Shown here piece by piece: positions 52,535 through 61,151 of a stretch of 64,000 nt of DNA. Made by a program: the position numbers and the translations under genes. Positions within the stretch are counted from its first letter, which is position 1. The number at the start of each line of letters is the position of its first letter. Source of the stretch: Candidatus Entotheonellaceae bacterium (GTDB lineage Bacteria > Tectomicrobia > Entotheonellia > Entotheonellales > Entotheonellaceae); NCBI GenBank assembly GCA_965238075.1, contig OZ250173.1, positions 544,001 through 608,000 of the forward strand, read 5' to 3'. The notes under the pieces are model-generated. The model did not search any database. It was given only the letters and a program-made list of their open reading frames with translations, and was not told the origin of the DNA.

Positions 52535-54628
52535 TTATTCATCCCGGTCCGGAATCAGGCGGATCTGCTCGAGCCACAGGATGGCTTCGGCATCGCTGGG
52601 GGCTCGGTAATCGCCGCGCGGCGAGAGGGAGCCGCCGGAACCGACTTTGGGACCGTTGGGCACGCAGCTTCGCTTGAATTGGCTGAGTTGGAAGAAGCGC
52701 TCGGCGAACACCGTCAGCCACTGCTTAATCTCGCCAATGCCGTAAGCGTGACGCCGGTCAGTGGGGATGTCGGGCCAGCGGCCGCTGAGCACATCGTGCC
52801 AGCAGCAATAAGCCAGGAAGGCGATCTTGGTGGGCAAATAGCCGAGGCGGGTGGTGTAGTACAGGAAGAAATCGTGCAGCTCATACGGGCCGATGACCTC
52901 CTCGGTGCGCTGACTGGGCTGGCCCGTGTCCTCATCGCCCGGCACCAGTTCAGGGCTGACCTCCGTTTCCAGCACGTCGTGCAGGACGCGGCTGACGCCG
53001 TTTCCAAGTTGACCGGTTTCCGCTACCCAGTGGATGAGGTAGCGGATCAACGTCTTGGGCACGCTGGCGTTGACGTTGTAGTGCGACATGTGATCGCCGA
53101 CGCCGTAGGTTGACCATCCAAGGGCCAATTCGCTCAGGTCCCCAGTCCCCACCACCAAGCCGTTGCAATGGTTGGCGAGCCTGAACAGGTGGCTGGTGCG
53201 CTCGCCGGCCTGCACGTTTTCGAATGTTACGTCGTACACCGGGGACGGCGGATCAGGCCAAGGCTTGCCGGCCAGCGGATGGCCGAGATCGCGCAGCATT
53301 TGCTCGCAACTCGGGCGGATGTCGAGTTCGTGAGCCTCGCAGCCAATCGCCGCCATCAGCGTCTGGGCGCTGCGCAGGGTTCGCTTGCTGGTCGCGAAAC
53401 CGGGCATGGTGTAGCCCTTGATGTTACGGCGTGGAAGTCCCAGCACGTCCATAACCCGCGCCGCCACGATCATTGCCTGCGTCGAATCGAGACCGCCGGA
53501 AATACCGATCACGACGTTCTCAATGCCCGTGCTACGCAATCGTTTGGCCAGTCCCTGCACCTGGATGTTGTACGCCTCGTAACAGCGCTGGTCGCGCATT
53601 GCTGGATTGGCCGGGACGTACGGGAATCGGTCGTAGGGACGCTGGCAAAGCAGGCGTTCCCCGCGATGCGGCAGATCAACTTCAACACGCACCTCGCGAA
53701 ACCGCTCGACCTCCTCGGCATGGCGTTGCACGCTCTGGCCAAACGTCGTCTGGCGCATGCGCTCCTGCGACAGCCGTTCGACGTCCAGTTCCGCCAGCAC
53801 TAGTTGCGAGTCGGATCGGAAGCGCTCCGACTCAGCCACCAGCGCACCGTTTTCGTACACCATGGCGTGGCCGTCCCAGGCGAGATCCGTGGTCGATTCA
53901 CCCGCGCCGGCGGCGGTGTAGAGATATGACGCCAGGCAGCGCGCCGACTGGTTGGCCACCAGGCTGTGGCGGTATTCGTCCTTGCCGATGGTGACGTTCG
54001 ACGCCGACAGATTCACGAGCACCGTCGCCCCGGCCATAGCGGCAAAGCTCGACGGCGGAATCGGCACCCACAAGTCCTCACAGATCTCCGCGAAGAATGA
54101 CCACGACAGGTCACTGTCGACGCGAAACAGCAGCCGCTCTCCGAAGGGAATGTCGTCCTGATCGCAAAGGCTGACGAAACGGCGCCGGGCCGCGGCCGCC
54201 GGAGCGAACTGCCGCATTTCATAGTATTCCCGGTAGTTGGGCAGGAAGGCCTTAGGCACTACGCCCAGAATGCGGCCCTGATGCAGGACCGCGGCGCAGT
54301 TGAACAGCAGATTGTCCACTTGCAGAGGCAGGCCGACGACGGCGATCATATGGGTTTCGCGCACTGCCTGGAGCACGGTACCGAGCGCCTCCTGGGCGCC
54401 GGCGAGGAGTGTTTGCTGATGAAACAGGTCTTCGCACGAATAGGCCGTCAGGCCCAGTTCCGGGAATACCACCAGCACAGCTTTGGCGGCCTCGGCTTGC
54501 TCGATCAGCGCCACTGTACGGGCGGCGTTGAACGTCGGGTCCGCCACCCGCACCTCGGGAATACCCAGGGCGACACGGATGAAACCGTGCTGGTAAAAAT
54601 TGAAAAAATCGCCGTGTGCCTGCACCAT
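52535..54628 (-). CDS. nadE: Glutamine-dependent NAD+ synthetase
   Basis: FPELG, EICEDLW, SGGLDST, ENVQAGERT, GTGDLSE, SQFKRS. Confidence 0.96.
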   Translation of the reverse strand: MVQAHGDFFNFYQHGFIRVALGIPEVRVADPTFNAARTVALIEQAEAAKAVLVVFPELGLTAYSCEDLFHQQTLLAGAQEALGTVLQAVRETHMIAVVGLPLQVDNLLFNCAAVLHQGRILGVVPKAFLPNYREYYEMRQFAPAAAARRRFVSLCDQDDIPFGERLLFRVDSDLSWSFFAEICEDLWVPIPPSSFAAMAGATVLVNLSASNVTIGKDEYRHSLVANQSARCLASYLYTAAGAGESTTDLAWDGHAMVYENGALVAESERFRSDSQLVLAELDVERLSQERMRQTTFGQSVQRHAEEVERFREVRVEVDLPHRGERLLCQRPYDRFPYVPANPAMRDQRCYEAYNIQVQGLAKRLRSTGIENVVIGISGGLDSTQAMIVAARVMDVLGLPRRNIKGYTMPGFATSKRTLRSAQTLMAAIGCEAHELDIRPSCEQMLRDLGHPLAGKPWPDPPSPVYDVTFENVQAGERTSHLFRLANHCNGLVVGTGDLSELALGWSTYGVGDHMSHYNVNASVPKTLIRYLIHWVAETGQLGNGVSRVLHDVLETEVSPELVPGDEDTGQPSQRTEEVIGPYELHDFFLYYTTRLGYLPTKIAFLAYCCWHDVLSGRWPDIPTDRRHAYGIGEIKQWLTVFAERFFQLSQFKRSCVPNGPKVGSGGSLSPRGDYRAPSDAEAILWLEQIRLIPDRDE

Positions 54629-54850
54629 CCAATCCTCGCAATGACCTTGAATTCACGCCGCTAACGGCGCGTAGCCTGCATCACGCCCACAAAATTGTCA
54701 ACACGACCGAAACGGCGCGGCCGGCGGGTGCGAGCCTGGCCTTTCGACTTGTTCGGCCCAAGGCGCTTTGCCATAATAGCGCCTTACTTGAGACCCTTCG
54801 GCGACTTCTTCAGAGGCCAAGCTGCACTTGGCGAGCCACGAGGAAACGGG

Positions 54851-56152
54851 ATGAACGTCCACACTTGGCGCCTGGAGATCGGCACCTTCCCTGTGCGGCG
54901 CCTTGCCTTTGCCTCCCGAACCGCCTACGAAAACGGCACCCTGTTCATCGACGACGCGGAACTCCAGACCCGCATCGCCAAGCCCGCTGCTGTTGCCGAT
55001 ATCGCCGTGCATCTTGCCCACCCGGGTGAATCGTGCCGCATCGTGCACGTTCTGGATGCCGTATCGCCAATGGTCAAAGTAACCGGCCGGTCAACGGTCT
55101 ATCCCGGCTTTTTCGATTCCGCGTCGCCGGCCGGCAGCGGCCGAACCCACGTGTTGACGGACGCCGCGGTGCTGGTCAGCGGCACGTTTCCGGAACCGAC
55201 CAGCGGCGCCCTGTCGGCGGCCGAGGCCACCGTCGACATGAGCGGGCCGGCAACGGCTTGCTGCCCCTTTTCGGACACCGCCAACGTGGTCCTGGTCTGC
55301 CGCCCGGCCCCCGGCGCCAGCAATGCCGATTTCGATGCCGCCCTGCACCGCGTCAAGCTCAAAGCGGCGGTGTATCTGGCCGAGGCCACCGTAGAGCTTG
55401 AGCCGCCGCAGACCGACGTGTACGACTTGCAGCCCGTTGACGACGCCCTGCCCCGCGTTGTTTTCCTGGATCAACTCCACCAGCAGGGCCTGCTGGCGCA
55501 GACGTTCCTGTACGGCCGGCACACGCAGGGGCTGGAGCCAACCCTGCTGCACCCGAACGAAATGCTCGACGGCGCCCTGGTCAGCGGCAACTACCGGCAG
55601 CCGGGGCGCTCGATCACCTACGGACACAGCCGCAACGACGTGGTGCGCGAGCTTTACGGGCGCCACGGCCGGGATCTCAACTTCCTCGGCGTGGTGGTTG
55701 GCCGCGGCTGGCAAGACACGCAGGCGCTGAAGGAACGCCAGGGCTGCATGATGGCGCGCCTCGCCAGCCTGCTGGGCGCGCAAGTGGCCATCGTGTCCGC
55801 GGACGTCGGCGGCACCGGCGGCAACAATACCATCGACTTCATGCAGACCATCAAGGCTTGCGAGCAACTGGGCATTCGCACCGTCGCCATCATGCAGGAG
55901 GCAGGCAACGCCGACGGCAGTAATCCGACCCTCGTCGATCATGTGCCGGAAGCCGATGCGCTCGTCAGCGTCGGTGGTGTCGGCTGGGACATCCCGTTAG
56001 CCCCCGCGGTGTCGCGCGTCATCGGCGGCGCCACCGTGCAGCCGAACCGGGCGCAGGAACCCCTGGATGCCGCCGGGCCGCTGCACGTCGCGTGCTGGTA
56101 CGGTGCCGTATGGAAGCGTACGTTCCAAGGTCTGTCGGCGGTGGACGCCTGA
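54851..56152 (+). CDS. Glycine/sarcosine/betaine reductase component B, GrdE/GrdI-like subunit
   Basis: PGESCRI, GSGRTHVL, VDMSGP, PTLLHPNEMLDGALVSGN, LNFLGVV, EADALVSVG. Confidence 0.85.
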   Translation: MNVHTWRLEIGTFPVRRLAFASRTAYENGTLFIDDAELQTRIAKPAAVADIAVHLAHPGESCRIVHVLDAVSPMVKVTGRSTVYPGFFDSASPAGSGRTHVLTDAAVLVSGTFPEPTSGALSAAEATVDMSGPATACCPFSDTANVVLVCRPAPGASNADFDAALHRVKLKAAVYLAEATVELEPPQTDVYDLQPVDDALPRVVFLDQLHQQGLLAQTFLYGRHTQGLEPTLLHPNEMLDGALVSGNYRQPGRSITYGHSRNDVVRELYGRHGRDLNFLGVVVGRGWQDTQALKERQGCMMARLASLLGAQVAIVSADVGGTGGNNTIDFMQTIKACEQLGIRTVAIMQEAGNADGSNPTLVDHVPEADALVSVGGVGWDIPLAPAVSRVIGGATVQPNRAQEPLDAAGPLHVACWYGAVWKRTFQGLSAVDA

Positions 56153-56162
56153 TCCTCAGGAC

Positions 56163-56327
56163 TAGAGCATTTTAAGGTTGAAAAGAATCAGGGTTCATAC
56201 TGCCCATCACTCCGGCGAAAGCCGGAGTCCAGAGGTTTTCGGACTTACAACGGCCCTGGATTCCGGCATGCGCCGGAATGACGCTACGGTAACCTTGTAT
56301 GGCGCTAATCAATCTTGAACTGCTGTA
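56163..56327. mobile_element. TA-flanked MITE carrying REP-like doublet (copy 2)
   Basis: Ends TAGAGCATTTTAAG ... CTTGAACTGCTGTA; inverted homologue of 39906-40095. Confidence 0.8.
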
Positions 56328-56340
56328 AAGGACAACACGC

Positions 56341-57699
56341 ATGACTGCTGACACCACTCGGCCCTTGCGCCTGGTACATTACATAAACGCCTTTTTCGGC
56401 GGCATTGGCGGCGAGGCCGAGGCGCATCACGCCGTGCAGACGCACGCGGGGCCACTGGGGCCGGGAATGCTCTTGCAGCAATTATGCGGCGGGCAGGCCG
56501 AGGTCATCGGCACCGTGGTGTGCGGCGACGGCTACTTCGGCGAGCACGAGGAAGCCGTGGTGGAGCGGGTCCGGCAATACGTGCGACAGCAGGGCGCCGA
56601 TGCCTTCATCGCCGGCCCGGCCTTCGGCTCCGGACGGTACGGGCTAGCCTGTGGCCGGCTGTGCCTGGAGGTCGAGCGCCTGGGAATTCCCGCGCTTACC
56701 GGCCTGCACATCGAGAACCCGGGCGGCGAGGTGTTCCTGCCGCAGCACATCTTCGCCGTGAGCACCACGGCCAGCGCTGCCGGCATGCAACCAGCCTTGC
56801 AGCGCATGGCCGCCCTGACGCTCAAACGCGCCCGCGGCGACTCCCTCGGCTCGGCGGCGCAGGAAGGCTTTCTGCCGCGCGACGTGCGCCGCACCGTGGA
56901 CACCGGCCTACCGGCGGCTAGGCGGGCCGTGGACCTCGCCCTACGCAAGTGGAAAGGCGAGCCCTACGCCAGCGAAATTACCGTTGAGACCTTCGAGCCG
57001 GTGCCGCCGCCGCCGCCGCTTGCCGACCCGAGCCGCACCCGCTTTGCATTGGTCACCGAGTGCGGCCTGGTGCCCAAGGGCAACCCCGACCGCCTGCCCG
57101 CCGCCGGCGCCAGCCACTGGGCCGCCTATGCCATTGGCGACATGCAACACTTGATGCCCGGCGACTGGGATATCGTGCACGGCGGCTATGACAACACCGC
57201 GGCGCTGCTGGACCCGAATCGCGTCGTGCCTCTGGATGCCATGCGCGCCCTACAGCGGGAGGGGATCATCGGCGGGCTGTTGGACGACCTGCTGGTCACC
57301 GTCGGCAATCTTGCCAGCCTCAGCGCCATGAAGAAAATCGGCGCCGAAATGGCCGCCACCCTGAAGCAGCGCGGCGTCGGCGCCGTCGTGCTGCCGGCGA
57401 CGTGAGGCACCGGCACGCGTAGCGGTGCTACGATCGCCAAAGCCTGCGAACGCGAGGGCATTCCCACCGCCCTGGCCACCTGTCTTTACACCGTCGCAAC
57501 GCGCGTCGGCGCCAACCGCATCGTGCGCGGCGGGCGTTTCCACCATCCCTTCGGCGATCCGGAGGACCCGCCGGCGGCGCAATACGCCTGGCGCCGCGCG
57601 TTTGTCGAGCGCCTGCTGCACGCCCTGCGCACGCCGGTCGAGAAGCCGACCGTGTTCGACGTCGAACCACCGGCGCACGCCCCTGGATCACCCATCTGA
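56341..57699 (+). CDS. Glycine/betaine reductase selenoprotein B-like (UGA-Sec at 57403-57405), 452 aa
   Basis: HYINAFFGGIGGE, GPG, CGDGYF, AGPAFGSGRYGLACG, HGGYD, DPNRVVPLD; past TGA the same frame gives GTGTRSGATIAKACEREGIP...VGANRIV...HPFGDP, the conserved GrdB C-terminus. Confidence 0.9.
57418..57432 (+). promoter_or_regulatory. Putative bacterial SECIS hairpin
   Basis: CGTAGC-GGT-GCTACG perfect stem starting 12 nt after the UGA, with GU in the loop. Confidence 0.65.
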
Positions 57700-57714
57700 G
57701 CAAACGGAGAACCC

Positions 57715-58086
57715 ATGATCGACGTCACCGTCTACAAATTCATCCACTTCCTCGGTATCATCATGATCTTCGTCAGCCTCGGCGGCGTCATGGTGCACGT
57801 CTTCAACGGCGGCGCCAAGGCCGACAACGTCTGGCGCAAGCCGGCGGGCATCACGCACGGCATCGGGCTGCTTCTCGTCCTCCTCGGCGGCTTCGGCATG
57901 ATGGCGCGGCTCGGCATTCCGTGGCCGTGGCCGGGCTGGTTGTTCGTCAAATTGGCGGTCTGGCTGCTTCTGGGCGGCATCACGGGCCTCCTGTACCGCC
58001 TCGGGACGAGCGGCAAGAGCCTGTGGGTCGTGGTGATGCTGCTCGGCGCTATCGCCGCGTTCATGGGCATCATGAAGCCGTTCTGA
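57715..58086 (+). CDS. Small four-helix membrane protein
   Basis: YKFIHFLG, ITHGIGLL, KLAVW, KPF; four hydrophobic segments with two conserved-looking His. Confidence 0.8.
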   Translation: MIDVTVYKFIHFLGIIMIFVSLGGVMVHVFNGGAKADNVWRKPAGITHGIGLLLVLLGGFGMMARLGIPWPWPGWLFVKLAVWLLLGGITGLLYRLGTSGKSLWVVVMLLGAIAAFMGIMKPF

Positions 58087-58154
58087 TTGGCTATCCGGGC
58101 ACGGGATTCAACAATGGCTTTACAGGCAACATGCGGGTGATGAAAATGGATTTG

Positions 58155-58229
58155 GTTTCTGCGGCGAAAGCCGGGACAGAGACGTTCAGAGGACAGAGGT
58201 CGCAGGATTCCGGTGTTCGCCGGAATGAC
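58155..58229. repeat. Degenerate REP-like doublet
   Basis: CGGCGAAAGCCG...GGATTCCGGTGTTCGCCGGAATGAC. Confidence 0.6.
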
Positions 58230-58272
58230 ATTTCGGGGCGTTGAGCGGTCCTCTCAGTAAAGGAAATAACAC

Positions 58273-60243
58273 ATGGCAGTCGTCCAACTCGACATCTCAC
58301 AGCGCCAGCCGTTTGCCGCCGGCGAGGCGTTCGACACGGTGGGGCCGTACGAATTCCTGCAAGGCACGGCGCACTTCGCGGTGGACCCGTTACACCCGCG
58401 TAACGCCGCCATCACGGACTTGGAGTTGGCCCCGCGCCAGGCGGACGGAACAGTGGCGTTCTCGGCCGGATTCGCCATGCTGCAGCCCGCAGACGCCGGG
58501 CGCGGCAACCGCCGGATGTTTTTTGACGTGATGAACCGCGGGCGCAAAACGGTTTTGCAGCGCTTTAACGACGCGCCGGATATTGTCGATCACAGCCTGC
58601 CGCCCAGGCCGGGGAACGGCTTCCTCATGCGCCGGGGCTACACCGTGGTGTGGTGCGGCTGGCAGGCCGACGTGCCGCCGACCCCAGGTCTGATGGGCCT
58701 GCAAGCACCGGAAGCTCTCGGACGGCAAGGCTCGCTGCAAGGGCGAATCCTGTGCCAGTTCCAGGTCAACGAATCGACGCCGCAATTGCTTCTTTCCGAC
58801 CGCGAGCACACGCCGCATCCGGCCGCCGACATCAACGAGGCTGGCGCGCTGTTGCAGGTGCGCGACCACCCCAACGCGCCGGCCACCGAAATTCCGCGCG
58901 CGGCGTGGTCCTTCGTGCAGACGGAGGGCGACGCGGCACCCCATTACGTGCACCTGCACGCCGGTTTCGAACCGGGGCGCATTTACCAACTGGTGTACAC
59001 GACGCGCGGCAGCCGCATCGTCGGGCTCGGCTTCGCGGCGGTGCGCGACATCGCCTCGTTCCTGAAGCACGGCAGCGCGGACGACGGCAACCCTTGCGCC
59101 GGCCGGCTGGACTACGCCTACGCCTTCGGTGCCTCGCAGAGCGGCCGGTTCCTGCGGCAGATGCTCTATCACGGCCTGGTGGAAGATGAGTCGGAACGGC
59201 TGGCGCTGGACGGCGTCATCCCGCACGTGGCGGGCGGCATGCGCGGCGAGTTTAATCTGCGCTTCGGCCAGCCCTCAAAAGACGTTTGCTTCATCATCCC
59301 GGAGATGTTTCCGTTCACCGACACGTCGCAGACCGACCCGCTCACGGGCCGATGCGGCGCCCTGCTGACAAACCTGGAAGCGCGTGGCAAGGTGACCAAA
59401 GTCATGTTCACCAACACCTCGGCAGAATACTGGCGCGGCGACGCGGCGCTCATCCACACCAACCTGGACACGATGCGCGACCAGGCGGAGTCGCCATTGG
59501 TGCGGCGCTACCATTTCGCCGGCACCCACCACACCTCGGGGCTATTCCCCCTCGCCGGATGGCGGGCCGCCGACGGCATGCGCGGGCAACTGCCGTTCAA
59601 CACGGTCGATTTCAACCCGCTCCTACGCGCTGCCCTGATCAACCTCGACCGCTGGGCCAGCGAGGGGGTACCGGCTCCCGCCAGCCGCCACCCGTCCCTG
59701 GATGACGGCACCAGCGTGCCTTCCGACAGCCTTGCGGCGGCCTTCGCCAAGCTGCCGGGCGTGCGCTTTCCACCCCAGGTGACGCGGGCGCTGCGCCTCG
59801 ACTACGGCCCCGAAACCGAGAACGGCCGCACGGTGCGTCTGCCGGCCGGTGAGGGAGAGACGTACCCGGCGCTGGTTTCCGACGTGGATGCCGACGGCAA
59901 CGAACGCGCCGGTATTCGCCTGCCCGACCTCAGCGTGCCGCTGGCCACCCACACCGGCTGGAACCTGCGCCACGAGGCCGTCGGCAACCCGGACCTGGTG
60001 ATTGGCATTACGGGGGGATTGGCCGGCTGGACCCTGCCGTTCACCGCCACCCGCGACGACCGCGAGACGGGCGACCCGCGCCCGTCCATCGACGAACGCT
60101 ATTCATCCCGCGAGGAATACCTCAGCCGCGTACGCGCCGCCACCCAGGAGCTCATCGCCGGGGGCTACGTGCTGGCGGAGGATTTGCCCCGCATCGTGGC
60201 CGCGGCGAGCACCCGCTACGACGCCTTCAGACATGGGAAGTGA
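58273..60243 (+). CDS. Alpha/beta hydrolase domain-containing protein
   Basis: NRG, GWQAD, FGASQSGRFLR nucleophile elbow, EYW, VDADGNE.AGIRLP. Confidence 0.88.
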   Translation: MAVVQLDISQRQPFAAGEAFDTVGPYEFLQGTAHFAVDPLHPRNAAITDLELAPRQADGTVAFSAGFAMLQPADAGRGNRRMFFDVMNRGRKTVLQRFNDAPDIVDHSLPPRPGNGFLMRRGYTVVWCGWQADVPPTPGLMGLQAPEALGRQGSLQGRILCQFQVNESTPQLLLSDREHTPHPAADINEAGALLQVRDHPNAPATEIPRAAWSFVQTEGDAAPHYVHLHAGFEPGRIYQLVYTTRGSRIVGLGFAAVRDIASFLKHGSADDGNPCAGRLDYAYAFGASQSGRFLRQMLYHGLVEDESERLALDGVIPHVAGGMRGEFNLRFGQPSKDVCFIIPEMFPFTDTSQTDPLTGRCGALLTNLEARGKVTKVMFTNTSAEYWRGDAALIHTNLDTMRDQAESPLVRRYHFAGTHHTSGLFPLAGWRAADGMRGQLPFNTVDFNPLLRAALINLDRWASEGVPAPASRHPSLDDGTSVPSDSLAAAFAKLPGVRFPPQVTRALRLDYGPETENGRTVRLPAGEGETYPALVSDVDADGNERAGIRLPDLSVPLATHTGWNLRHEAVGNPDLVIGITGGLAGWTLPFTATRDDRETGDPRPSIDERYSSREEYLSRVRAATQELIAGGYVLAEDLPRIVAAASTRYDAFRHGK

Positions 60244-60339
60244 ATTGGCTGGGCATTGGGAGGTTGTTTGCACGGCGTGGGTTCGTGCTTTGACAGGGGT
60301 ATTCGTTCACAACTTAGAGGCTGGGGGTAGGCTGCGGGA

Positions 60340-60552
60340 ATGGGCACTGAGGTTATCGAGAAGGATGAAGACGGCTGTTTCGTAGGGAGTGTTCCCGCCC
60401 TTCCGGGTTGTCATACCCAAGGCGTGTCTATTGACCAGTTGCTCGAACGAATGCAGGAGGCAATCGCCCTTTAGCTTGAGGTTGAGGGCGAAGACGCACC
60501 CAGGCCGCTTAAATGGGTCGGCCACGCGACAAACTTCCTTAGGAGGTCGTAA
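60340..60552 (+). pseudogene. HicB/UPF0150 family antitoxin with premature TAG (60472-60474)
   Basis: VIEKDEDGCFVGSVPALPGCHTQGVSIDQLLERMQEAIAL*LEVE; no cognate toxin adjacent. Confidence 0.75.
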
Positions 60553-60555
60553 GAA

Positions 60556-61143
60556 ATGACTGCTACAGCTTCCCCTAACGCAGACACCACCATTGTGCAG
60601 GATGCCAGCCGGTTCAACGATCAGTTTGGCGGGATGAGTCCGCGAGCCAAGGACAAGGTCAAAGGCGAGATGTCGGAATTCGTGCAGGCGTTCATCGCTG
60701 CTTCGCCCTTCGTGGTGATGGCGACGGCCGACCCGGACGGCAATTGCGATGCATCGCCGAAGGGCGGCAAACCCGGATTCGTCAAGGTAATTGACGGCAG
60801 GCGCTTGCTGCTGCCCGACGTTGCCGGCAACCGGCTGTTCCAGTCCTACCAGAACATGGACGACAACCCCCACGTCGGTCTGCTGTTCATGATTCCTGGC
60901 CTTAACGATACGGTGCGTATCAACGGCACCATAACCATCGTGGACCGCGAGGAGCTGGCAGGGCAGAAAGTGGCGTTGTCCCTTTATTGGACCGACGACA
61001 ACGCCAAGCACCTGCAGGGCGTCATCATCAACGTGGAAGAGTCCTACACCCACTGCCCGCGGGCCTACAACTTTGCCAAGCTGTGGGACACAGAGCAGAT
61101 TACGGCGAACCGGGCCCATCGGCCCATACCGCTCGCGTCGTAA
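60556..61143 (+). CDS. PPOX-type FMN-binding protein (MSMEG_1061-like)
   Basis: SPFVVMAT, CDASPKGG.PGFV, PDVAGNR, NPHVGLLFMIPG, HCPRA. Confidence 0.88.
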   Translation: MTATASPNADTTIVQDASRFNDQFGGMSPRAKDKVKGEMSEFVQAFIAASPFVVMATADPDGNCDASPKGGKPGFVKVIDGRRLLLPDVAGNRLFQSYQNMDDNPHVGLLFMIPGLNDTVRINGTITIVDREELAGQKVALSLYWTDDNAKHLQGVIINVEESYTHCPRAYNFAKLWDTEQITANRAHRPIPLAS

Positions 61144-61151
61144 ATCGCTGG

